Assembly (NCBI RefSeq): GCF_009834535.1
Contig: NC_045696.1
Coordinates: 70,744,001-70,808,000 of the forward strand
Source: Camelus ferus
Taxonomy: Eukaryota
DNA length: 64,000 nt
Reading direction: 5' to 3'
Shown here: positions 37,402 to 48,205 of the stretch, piece by piece
How positions within the stretch are numbered: position 1 is the stretch's first letter
Layout of the letters: the number at the start of each line of letters is the position of its first letter
The notes under the pieces: generated by a model
Seen by the model: only the letters and a program-made list of their open reading frames with translations
The model's database searches: none
What the model was told of the DNA's origin: nothing
Position numbers and translations under genes: made by a program

Positions 37402-37924
37402 AAATAAATGTCTGCCTTATGGACAGAGACTGGAAGGGAATTCACAAAAGTATTGGCTTAGGGTGATGGAATTGTGGGGGTGATTGATTGTTTTCCTCTT
37501 TACTATCCAAACTTTTGCAATGGCATTATATACTTTTTAACATAATTTGGGGGGAAGGAGGTTTGGATAAAAATGATCCATCTTTCAAGCCTCAGCTCAA
37601 ATGCCACCTCCTCTAGGAAGCCTTTTTTGGTTTTTCCAACCATATTTTTTCTGAAGTTCGTTCTTATTTTACTGGACCATGTGCTGTTCTGGGGCTAGGG
37701 CCATGAGCAATTCCCCTTTGTTCTTGATCCATGATAGGCAGGGGTCACAGGTCAAGAACCCAGAAAAGGAGCCCATTGCAGTGGAGACGGTGAAGGGTGG
37801 GGCATGTGTGCAGTCAGGACCCAGTGATGGGATCTAAGCAACAGGTCCAGGGCACCAGCAGATGCAGGGCTTGGAAACTAGGGGCATAAACTGTTGGACA
37901 CTTAGTAAAAGCTGGACTTTCTAG

Positions 37925-39500
37925 TTATTTTAAATGTATTATTGTTATTATATAAGTAATACATGCATACATACTCACTGTAAAAAAAAAAGCCCTATAG
38001 TTTAGATAAAGTACACCTTGGCTCCTACACAGTCCCCCTCCCCAGGGATTGCCAGTTTGCTAAGTACCCTTCGAGAAAGTTCTTCATGTACATGGTTTCA
38101 AAGTGAGCATCCGTGTTTACATATGTAAAGCCAGATTGTCCTGTGGCTTGCTTCTCTCTGGTAATGAGACCTTCTCACTTCAGGATGCAGAGGGCTACCG
38201 CATTTGTCTGGACTTCAGAAAACCATGACTAATGTGGACATTCAGAAATGTACTTAGCCCTTTCTCTATTAATGAGCGTTTGGGCTGTTCCTGACTGTTC
38301 ACGTTTCTGGCCCTGCCACCTTGGTGCCATGGCCGGGCCTCTTTGTGCACGTGGAGCATTTCTCCGGGCAGAGATATGGACTTGCTGTGATGGAGGGTCC
38401 CTGGCCGTCCACATTTCCACAGGCACTGCCAGATCCTTTCTACAAACACTGTGACAAATTCCATTCTTACTAGCAGTGAAGAGGGGTTTGTTGCCCTTGA
38501 ATTCCTGTGAACAGTAGCTATTATGAATCTTTAAAATTTTACAAATCTGGTGGGTGAAAAATGTTAGCTCAGTGTTGTATGACTTGCATTTCCTTGCTGA
38601 CTACTGAGGCTGAGTTGTTGTCATTGTTACCGGCCATCTGCGGCTCCTCGGAGGTGAACTGTCTGTTCTGAACTATCACTTAGTCTTTCTTTCAAGTGGT
38701 TTATCTTTCACTTACTATTTGAAGGAAATCACTATATATCCTGAGTATTAATCCTGTTCGTTTGCACATGTTGCTGATACCTTCTTCCTGTCTGTTACTT
38801 GTCTTTTAACAATATTTATGGTTTCTTTTGTCATACTGCAGTTTTGGATTTGGATGGAATCAACATTAGTAATCTTTTCCTTTATGGTTTCTGTGTTTTA
38901 TGTCTTGCTAAAGAAAGCCTTTCCTACCCCCAAGTTATAAACAAATTCTCCTATATTTTCTTTTAATAGTTTTATAGCTTTGTTTTTTTACACTTGGCTC
39001 TCTAATCCATCTGGAATGTATTTAGCGGATGGCATGAAGCAGGAATCAACTTCGTGTTTTTTCACAAGAATAGCCAGTTGTCTCTACACCAGTTTTTCAA
39101 GAGTTCATCCTTCCTGTACTTCTTCTAAATGCTACTTTGTCGTATACAGAAGTCCTCTTTATACAAGAACCCTTTTAAAACTCCTGTCCTGTGACCTTGA
39201 TCCACTCATCTTGTTCTGTGCCAGCACACCACCATCTTAATTAGTACAGCTCGGTGGTGTTTTATAATCTGATAGGGCAAGTTCCCCTTCTTTGTACTTC
39301 TTCAAACATTTCTTGGCTATCCCAACACAGTTATTCTTCCAGGTTAGTTTTAGAATGGGCTTGTTAAATTTCACACCCGCATACACACACCCTGTTGCAA
39401 TTCTGATAGGCATTATGTTGAATTTATAGAATTCTGCAGGCAGAAGCCATATCTTCAACAGCATCAAGTGTTCTCACCCAAGGGCTCTGTGTTTACTTAG
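37925..39500 (-). mobile_element. Long old L1ME fragment (ORF2 3' part and UTR)
   Basis: aagtaatacatgcatac...; ctggtgggtgaaaaatg; ttgcatttccttgctgactactgagg; aatcttttcctttatggtttctgtg; ctgatagggcaagttcccc; ttgaatttataga. Confidence 0.8.
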
Positions 39501-39519
39501 GGCTTCTCTTCTGTCTCAG

Positions 39520-39715
39520 GCCTGACTCTGAAGCCAACTCTACCACTTACTAGCTCTGGGATCTAGGGTGGGGCTCAGCCTCTCTGAGCCCTGGCTCCTT
39601 CGTTGTCTCTGATGTAGGAATTGCACATCCTTTCCCCGAGCTGACGGAGGGTTAAACCAGAGAAAGTGTGTGAAAGCACCAGATGCCGAGCTCCCAGAGG
39701 GCAGGCCTCTGCCTC
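39520..39715 (+). mobile_element. MIR SINE
   Basis: ctctaccacttactagctctggg...cagcctctctgagcc...agggttaaaccagag. Confidence 0.65.
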
Positions 39716-39827
39716 ATGTAACCCCGCGATCAGGACAGTCAGCTGTCTGAACAGCCCCAGGGAAAGGGGAGCACGCACTGCTTTCATTCAGGCAGATTCA
39801 GAGGGTGAAGGGTGGGAATGGGCCCAT

Positions 39828-39945
39828 CACTGTGTGAAGTACTTTACACGTTACCTCATTTGTCCTCAAAACAAGCCTGCGAGGTAGTCCTATCATCCCC
39901 TTTTTACAGCTGAGAAAAATGAGACTCAGTGACATGTCTGCACTC
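39828..39945 (-). mobile_element. MIR fragment
   Basis: ctttacacgttacctcatttgtcctcaaaacaagcctgcgaggtag...ttttacagctgagaaaaatgagactcag. Confidence 0.75.
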
Positions 39946-40835
39946 GGATGCAAGGCTCTAATAAGCGACAACCTATGCCCTCTGTCAGGCCTAGTTGGGA
40001 AGCCAGTGAAGGCCTCTCCTGCTCATAAAGCTGGAGCTTCTAGATGGTCTGCTGCTCTCCTGTCTTAAGTCTAATGAACCTAGGGCAGATTAGCCCCAAG
40101 ATACCACATGAGCATTCGGCACTTAGCACAGGGTCTTGCGCATATCAGGAGCTTGTTGAATTAGATCAGGACCAAGGCCAAATGCCATAAGGTGAATGCT
40201 ACAGATAGTACAGTAATTGCTAGACAAGCTCAGAGGAAGAAAAGGGCCCAGTGGACTAGGGAAATCAAAGAAAGCTTCCAGGTGGCCATGAGATGGGAAC
40301 TTGGCCCTGAAAGATGGAGAGGATTCAGACAAACATAAGAGAACAGAGCATTCTAGACTCTGAGTTAGTATGGCCAAACAGGTGAGCCAGCTGGCTGGAC
40401 AGGCAGTGAGTGTGAACAGAGAAAGGCATTTCTCGATGACTGAAGGCTTGGCTGGGTGTGGAGTCTCCAGGCTGCAGCAAGGCTGGAAGGCCAGAAGGTC
40501 ATGGACCTGGTATCTTCTAGGCCCATCTAGCTTATCTTCCCACAGTGTCCTAAGTTTAAGCTTCACTTTCCATGAGCAGCTCTCACAGCCAGTTGCCACG
40601 GCACCAAAACACACAGACCAGCTGTGGGAAGTCGGCTGGGAGGGGCAGGAAGGGGCTGCTTTCCTCATGCTCTTTGCCCGCCCCACACTGCAGCCTGACC
40701 GTGTCTCTTCACTCTGACTTTGTCTCCCCACTGCATGCATCAGTGCGCATATGTGTGAGCATCTAGGTAAGCTGTCGGCCCTTAGATGAGTGCCTCAGCC
40801 TCTCTGAACTCAGGAGATAAGAGTTTCCAGGTATG

Positions 40836-41522
40836 TGGGCATATATCTGGAGGGAACTCTAAATTGAAAAGATACATGCACCCCAATGTTCATAGCAGCA
40901 CTATATATAATAGCCAAGACATGCAAGCAACCTAAATGTCCATCAACAGATGACTGGACAAAGAAGCTATGGTATATTTATACACTGGAATACTACTCAG
41001 CCATAAAAAAGAATAAAATAATACCATTTGCAGCAACATGGATGGACCTGGAGATCATCATTTTATGTGAAGCAAGCCAGAAAGAGAAGGAAAAATGCCA
41101 TATGATATCACTCATATGTGTAATCTAAAAAAAAAAGAAAAGAAAAAAGAGGACACTAAAGAACTCATCCACAAAACAGAAACAGATTTGCAGGCATAGT
41201 GAACAGTCTTATGGTTATCAGGGGAAAGGGGGTGGGAAGGGATAAATTTGGGTGTTTGAGATTTGTAAATGTTAACCACTATGTAAAAAAAAAAAATAAA
41301 AACAAATTTTTTCTGTATAGCACAGGGAACTATATTCAATATCTTGTAATAACCTTTAATGAAAAAGAATATTAAAACAAATATATGTGTATATATATAT
41401 GTGTGTGTATATATATATATACACGTATATATATATACGTATATGTATATATATGACTGGGACATTATGATGTACACCAGAAATTGACACATTATAACTG
41501 ACTATACTTCAATTTAAAAAAA
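40836..41522 (+). mobile_element. Young 5'-truncated L1 (ORF2 C-terminus plus full 3' UTR)
   Basis: ORF 40886-41128 MFIAALYIIAKTCKQPKCPSTDDWTKKLWYIYTLEYYSAIKKN..FAATWMDLE.. is the L1 ORF2 C-terminus; poly-A end; perfect 14-bp TSD agtttccaggtatg at 40822-40835 and 41523-41536; (TA)n expansion in the UTR. Confidence 0.95.
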
Positions 41523-41724
41523 AGTTTCCAGGTATGCACATACTCTTTTGGTTACGGGGTGGTCCGTCTTGCTCCCACTGGAGACAGAAATAGCCTCATG
41601 GCGTGGCCACTGTTAACCCCTTCATGCACTCCAAAAGGAAAAGAGAAGAGGAGCAACCCAGTACGTGCCAGGTGCTCTGTCGACAGGATGCCAGGTTGAC
41701 TTTGGGGCTTTAAAAAACCAAAGC

Positions 41725-42148
41725 ACATTAGTTCATGTCCTCTGAGAAGCCAGACCCCAAGAAAGGATTAGATATGCAAGAGATTTATTTGCTGAAACAT
41801 CTGTGAAAGAAAAAGGCAAGTGAGCCAGAGGAGCACAGAACCATCAGTCTGTAATGGGGGTCTGACCCCTGTGAAGGGGAGATGGAGGGAAGGTGGGTGG
41901 GAGGGGTAGAGTTTCAGTGTAGTTCTAAGGAGGTTTCAGGAAATTTGTGAGCTAAAGTCATTCTCAGAGGAGGCCAGCATCTCTCAGGAATCGCTTGTCT
42001 TAGGACCTCTGCCCTGTTCACTATTCTGCAGAAGGAGCAGCCCACAAGAAGTGTGGTCCCAGACCAGTGCACAACAGCAGTGACAACCTTTGGCCAATTA
42101 CACTCCCTGCAGTAGGAGATCTGAGCAGTGCATTTTCATGGCTGCCAC
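41725..42148 (-). mobile_element. ERVL solo LTR (LTR16 family)
   Basis: tgcaagagatttatt...gtctgacccctgtgaagg...ccctgcagtaggagatctgagcagtgcattttcatggctgccac (reverse complement of the LTR16-type start). Confidence 0.75.
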
Positions 42149-42669
42149 CCAAGGCACCTATTTGATAGCCCAAGAAAGGCTAGATATTAAGGTAAAGACA
42201 AGTTTGGGCAGACCTTACTGTGAGGTACCTCTGCTTACTACCTGTGTGAACTCAATTAGGATTTTCACTAACATGACTTTCAATTTTCATACAAAATGGG
42301 GTAACAGAACCTTTTCCATGGGTTGCTAAGAAGATAATCTAGCACATAAAAACCCCCCCTCCAACTCCAAAGGGTAAAAACTAGATGGAGCTGATTGGTT
42401 GAGAGCTTGGGTCAAAGGCCCAAAGGAGGAAGCTCTTTCCTTTTTCCAAGGGGAAAGTCGAGAGATTAGAAGACTGAGAAACATGGATAGAAAGAAAGCG
42501 CCCTGAGGCCCACTCAAGGTAGACGTAGATGTGGTATAGTTACTTGAAAGGAAAAGTACAGATTGTTTTGCACCACCTGGATTTAAGTGCTTCCTAATCT
42601 CATAAAAATGTATAGGTTCTACAATTATCTCAAAAAATGTTGTGAATAAAAATTTATTCACAAAATTTA

Positions 42670-43245
42670 TCAGTTAAGAATGTCTTCAGCTTCAAAGATC
42701 AGAAAACTTAACTAATGGTGTGGGGGAGAGTATAAGTCTGTGGTAAGGTGTGTGCCTAGCACACATGAGGTCCTACATTCAATCCCCAGCACCTCCATTA
42801 TAAACAAACAAGCAAACAAACAAACAAATCTAATTACTTCCCCCCACAAAAAAAAATTAAAGAAAAGAAGAAGAAGAAAACTCAACTAATTGTGACTTAA
42901 GCCATAAAATCACTTAATTACCTCATATAACAAGAAGCTTGAAGGTAGGTGGAATCTGGGGTCAGTTTAGTTTCTCAGTAACGCCTGGTTGCTGGATCCA
43001 TGTCTCCATGTGTCTCTTGGCCTTTGCCTCATGATCACAAGATGGACTGCCATAGCTCCAAACATCACAACCTCATACAATAGAATCCCAAATTAGAGGA
43101 AAGGGAAAGGTATAAAAGGGGGCATGTACCTCTCATTTTTCCTTTTCAGGGAGAAAAACCTTTCCCAGAGGCCCCCTGAAGACTTGTCCCCTTTGTCTCA
43201 TTGACCAGAACCAGACCACTCCTCAACCAACCACTGGCAAATTTA
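42670..43245 (-). mobile_element. ERVL solo LTR (LTR33-like), split by a SINE
   Basis: tcagttaagaatg...cctcatataacaagaag...cctcatgatcacaagatggactgccatagctcca...tctcattgaccagaac...caaccactggcaa. Confidence 0.7.
42722..42874 (+). mobile_element. tRNA-derived SINE, camelid vic-1 type (copy 3, more diverged)
   Basis: gggggagagtataagtctgtggtaaggtgtgtgcctagcacacatgaggtcctacattcaatccccagcacctcc; (AAAC)n tail; 20-bp TSD agaaaacttaactaatggtg 42701-42720 / agaaaactcaactaattgtg 42875-42894. Confidence 0.88.
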
Positions 43246-43569
43246 TTGCTAGGCACATGGCTGCTTGAGCAAGATCAAGGTCTGTTAGCAAAGAAGACTG
43301 CAGGAATGTTTCTTGAGAAGGCAACAAGAGCATCTTCCACAGGAAGAATTTCTGGAAACAGGATGAATTTTTCCATCCTCTGAGCATAGCTAAGGGGTTG
43401 CACAAGTACATAAACCCATACAGTGTAGTGGGAACAACAATAAATAATGTATAAGACACAGGAGTCAGGCTAAGAAAGAAATCCATTCAATCCATGAAGG
43501 GCGGAGGTTCAGAATAGTGGACATAGTCCATTATAGTGGAGCTGACAGACTCTTTGTCCTGAGGGTGGG

Positions 43570-44830
43570 AACAGGTCAGAGAAACTCACAGAATCTACGT
43601 CTGAACAGAGTGCTGCCAGATGAGTAGGAGTTCACTAGGCAAACTGTTTGGGAGATGAGCAGACTCACCCATGAAAAGCTATGTTTGTGCAGGTGAACAA
43701 ATGGTTCAGTATTCTGAAAGGTTAAAGTTAGATGAGGCCATGCAGGGGCCAGGAATTGGATAATGGGGAGCTATTGAAAAGTTTTAAGCAGGAGATTGGC
43801 TTAAATAAATATTCACTTTTAAATGATTATAACATGACAACATGAAGGAATCTCAAAAACAGTTTGCCAAGCAAAAGAGTACAAACTATATGATTTCATT
43901 TATGTGGAGTTCTACAGAATAGGCAAAACTAATCTATGATGAAAGATACCAGAGCAGTAATTGCCCATGGGAATGGGGATTGACTAAAAAGGATCATGAG
44001 GAACATTAAGGGATGATGGAAATTTTCTAAATCTTCATTGCAGTGGTGGTTACATGGATGCAATATAGTTATTAAAATTTATCAAATTGTATACTTAAAA
44101 TATGTGCTTCTTTGTATGCAAATTATACCTCAAATTTTTTTTTAAGTATTGGTAAAAAGTATCCTGGTGAGTGGATTGTAGAAGAATCCAGAGGTGAGGA
44201 ACCAGTGAGAATACTGCAGGCATAATCCCAGAAGAAGATCCCTCGCCTGAATTGAGGCAGGGTGTGGCAGCAGAGGAGGGACAGGGCTGGAGAAGGAAAA
44301 AGGCTATTTGAGGCACTGGATTTGGGAGGGAAGTGGGAGGGAAAGAGGACTCAAGTTGACTTCTGGCTTCCAGCTGGGATGAATGGCATCAGAAACTGAG
44401 ACAGAGACTCTAAGGGGAGGAGGTACAGGTTGAGAGGAAGGAGAAATGAGACACATTGAGTTTGTGATGGAGATGCTCTTTGGGATATTGAACACGTGGA
44501 TCCAGACCTCAGGAAAGAGAAACGGGCTGGAGAGAGGCTGGCCCTCAAATGTACAGAGCTAGATAGGTCATCCAAGGGGAAGAAACTGAGTGGGAAGAGG
44601 TGGGCAGAGGCAGGAGGGGAGAGAGCCTTGGGGAGTACCAACAGCTCAGTACTGGTCAGAAAAAAAGGTTCCGGCTCAGGAAACTACAAAGGAAAGGTAA
44701 AACATAAGGGAAGTGCTGGGGTGGAGGGTGTCGTCCCAGAGGCTACAGGAAGGAAGGAGGTCAAGAAGGGGAGAGTGGTCGGTTGTGTTAAGTGCTTCCA
44801 AGATGTCAGAAAGGCTGAGAGGGATTGTGG
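43570..44830 (-). mobile_element. L2 antisense fragment, interrupted by L1
   Basis: atggggagctattgaaaagttttaagcagg...; after 44160 gaccagtgagaatactgcagg-like text, acacattgagtttgtgatg, gtcccagaggctacagg. Confidence 0.65.
43830..44143 (+). mobile_element. L1ME/L1MC 3' end nested in L2
   Basis: caacatgaaggaatctcaaaaac...aataggcaaaactaatctatgatg...gtggtggttacatgg...tgtatgcaaattatacctcaa. Confidence 0.85.
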
Positions 44831-45619
44831 ATAGATCCGAGACCCACACATACGGGTAAAGAGGCTGCATTCAATCTCACATCTCCTAAGTCTAGAACCA
44901 GTGCTTTCTACCCTGTGACTCAGTGGGCTGCAAAGGAACATGAAAAACGCAGGAGACTCTGCAAAGGCCCTTCCTCATTTTTTCATCAAGCTTCCAAGTT
45001 TAAATAAATTATGGTTCGACTGAACAGTGAAGTACGACATAGCTGTTTAAAATAATGAGGCAGACTGATCTGCACTTCTGAAAGACGCCCACTTTGCTGA
45101 CTACATGTCTTGTTAAAGGAAATTACACCTCTGGGAGGATATTTGCCAAAATGTCAGCAAGGTTAATGCTGAACGGTGGGATTATGTGTGATTTTTGAAA
45201 CTATTTTTAAACTTTTGATAATCTGTATTTTCTAGTTTTTCTAGACAAAGAAAATTTAATCTAGAGTATAGAGGAGGCGTATATGGATCCTGGGGGAGCA
45301 GAGAAGATCCCTGCCTTGGGGGAGTTCAAGAAGGGGTCATGGAGTTCCTCCTGTCACAGTCATTAAGAAAGGAAAGGGATGAGGGCCCGAGCCTCCTCCC
45401 TGGGATAAAGGGACACTGGTTGGCCAGGTTGGATGAAGAAAGTCTTCACTGAGAAGCCACATTTGGAGATGACAGTAGATGACCGGGAGCACTGGGACCT
45501 TCTGTGGAGGCCTTGAAAGAGGCCTTGGCAGGATCATCTTGACATGATTCATCCAGACCAGTGGAGGGTTGGGAAGACCATGGGCCTTCCTGGAGTCTGG
45601 GGGCTCTGCTTGTGCCACT

Positions 45620-45975
45620 TAGCCCTCTCTGCCCCTGCATATCCTGTTCTGCCTGGAATGCCTTTCCACATCCCTCTTTCTGGCAAACACCTACCTAACT
45701 TTAAAGACTCTACTCAAGTACAGCTTCCTTGGAGAAGCCTCCTTCAGGACAGAGCACATCACTCATTCACCACTGTCTTCATGCCTTGCAATTGCCAGCC
45801 TTTTATGTAATTAACCTGATTTCAGGTCTGCTAGCTTACTAGCTGGTGTTCTCCCCCAGGCCATTATCAACCTGACTTTCAGGAAGACTCATCCATCCTG
45901 TGAGCCCACAGCTGCCAGGGCCCCAAACAAAATCAGAGGTTCTAGAGGAAATGAGGGACTCCAAGAATGAGCAAA
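45620..45975 (+). mobile_element. L2 3' fragment
   Basis: cccctgcatatcctgttctgcctggaatgcccttt-like text...ttggagaagcctcc...aatgagcaaatgga. Confidence 0.6.
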
Positions 45976-46299
45976 TGGACCTGGGCATGGAGAGAGCCCT
46001 CCACAGTAACCAAACACTCCTGGTGAGTGTCCCCATCCACACCCTAGTGTGGGCACCAGTGACCAGACCCAGGTGCTACTTCCCTCCCAGGTGGGAGGGA
46101 CGAATATATGTCCTGGGGAGCAGAGGCTGACTAGGTGTGACAGTCACACACTAAAGTCACTGGAGAAGGAAGGGAGTCTTGAGAAAGGAGACCACCACCT
46201 GAGAGAAAGGAAGAAAAGCAGAAACTGAAACAAGATTCAGAAACTGGCCTTTTCTAAAAGCTTTCTGCACCAAGCTTTGGGAACCAAGTTGAAAAGCAC

Positions 46300-47330
46300 A
46301 AACGCTGAGTTTAAGAACCAAAGGCACTCTCCAAGGAGAATAGGACATTTCCACATAAGGCAACAAAATTAGGAGAAGAGAATGAAACTCTCCTGATGCA
46401 TAAAACAGCTAAAAGGGACCCAGAGATTACTTGTTAGTTATGCAGAAAGCTTCTCCAAGAACTAAAATGATAATGGCTGTGCCAAAGAGAGTGGAAAGCA
46501 GGCCAGGTTACGAAGGAGGAGTCCATACAAAAAATCACAAAAGGCTGTGGAGATAAAATCAGAAGAGTCGTTCAGAAAAAGAAATGAGATATAACTTGTA
46601 CAAGGCAGCAAAAGAATGAGAAAAACATTTTCTGACTCTAACAGGCCAACAAAGGGGGATAAGGAGACTGCTGGCTCGTTTTGAGTTGGGGAGAGAGAGC
46701 CTATAAGCAATGACACTAATAAGCAGAGGCTTTTAATTTTTTCTTAGCCTAAAAAGGTCAGCTGTGATCTGAACGCTGAAAGAGGCACCGCATGGGATCA
46801 TGAGAAGGCAGGAAGCCAAGGGGGAACGAGGGAGGAACTTGTGTATTCACATCCACGGTCCTGATGACTTACATGCTTAGGTACTTAAGGAATTGGCCCA
46901 AGGTGGAATCAGATCACTAGCTCTCACGCTGGGGGGATTTATGGGGAACTGGTGAGGGACCTGGAGACAGGAGGGAGACCCAGGCAGCATGTCCCTGCCT
47001 CTCTTTAAACCTGGGGGAAAGCAGATGCCTCTGCAAGTGTTGGGCCCATCAACCGAGCTGCTATAATAGAAAACTACTGGGACACGTCATCAAAAAATCA
47101 ATCTGCAAACACTAGGTCATAAGGAATTAGGTAATAACTAGTACTGCTTTCCAAAGAACACATTCTGTCAGAGTAATCCAATTTCCTTCCAGGACAAAAT
47201 GATGGGCCTGGTAAATCAGGAACGGCAAGAGACACATAATCTTCCTTAACTTAAAGAGCACAGCATTTAATTTCATCTTCCATGAGAAGTCTCAGAAGAA
47301 AAACTAGGGAAATGGGGTCTATGGTTGGCC
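46300..47330 (+). mobile_element. CR1/L3 LINE relic (reverse transcriptase N-terminal region)
   Basis: Manual translation: GPDDLHA*VLKELA (46857-46898), WGTGEGPGDRR (46942-46974), FCQSNPISFQDKMMGLVNQ (from 47163), collinear with CR1 RT motifs GPDxLHPRVLKELA, WxTGEVPEDWR, SCxTNLISFxDxVTxLVD. Confidence 0.8.
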
Positions 47331-47474
47331 TTTCTCAGGTTGGGCAAATAAAGAGGTCGAAAGATTAACCCAAAGAGCAGTTCTTTACATTCTATGTAGT
47401 GTGGATGGTTTAAAATGGGCAGAGGTAGGGGTGGGCAGCATAATGTGTTGGTGGAAGCAGGTAACAGAAGTGTT

Positions 47475-48205
47475 AGGGGAGGTGAGAAGGGTAGTGGTAG
47501 TGGTGGTGGAGGTGGTGATGGCAGTGGTGGAGATGGTGATGGTGGTGGTACTAGTGATAAAAGTAGTGATCCTGTGAAGGTGATGATGGTAATGGTAGAG
47601 GAGTTGGAGTTGATGATGGCAGTGGAGATGGAAGTGATGGCTGTGGTAGATGTTGTGGCTATGAATGTAGGGATGGTGGTGGAGGTGGAGGTCATGTTGA
47701 GATGGTGATGGAAATGTTAATAGTGGTAGAGGTGAAGTTGGTGGTTATAGTGGAGATGATGGTGATGTGTGATGGAGATGTTGATAGTGATGGGTGTGGA
47801 GGTGGTTGTGGTTATGGTGATAAAGATAGAGGTGGAGGCTGTGGTGGAGATGGAGACAGTGATAATGATAGAGATGGTACTGGTGATAAAGGTAGTGATA
47901 CTAGTGGAGGTGGTGAAGGTGGAGGTGACAACAGTGGTGGAGATGGAGGTCATGATCAAGGTGGAGATGATGGGGATGATGGGGATGAGTGGGTGTGGAG
48001 GTGGTGGTGGTTATAGTGGTAGAGACAGAGGTGGTGGTTGTTTTGGAGATGGAGGTGGTGACAGTGGTGGAAATGGAGACAGCAGTAATGGTGGAGGTAG
48101 AGGTGGTGGTTGTGATAGAGGTGTTGGTACCAGTGATGGTGAAAACATAAACAGTGATAGTGGTAGAAATGGAAACAGTGACAGATGTGGTGGTCATGGC
48201 GGTCA
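47475..48205. repeat. Degenerate trinucleotide (GGT/GAT/GGA)n low-complexity tract
   Basis: About 730 bp, strongly C-poor on + strand with 3-nt periodicity; explains the overlapping Gly/Asp-, Val/Met- and Thr/Ile-rich ORFs. Confidence 0.92.

Larger units (their letters stand above)
36375..37548 (+). mobile_element. Old L1ME 3' fragment hosting two nested insertions
   Basis: gcaatttggcaacatg...tttgacccagtagttccacttct...aaagatgttcattacagc; resumes after 37415 (agactggaagg...gggtgatggaattg). Confidence 0.7.

Noticed and set aside
40886..41128. ORF with clear protein homology as a host CDS
   Set aside because: C-terminal fragment of L1 ORF2 in a 5'-truncated insertion; not a functional gene.
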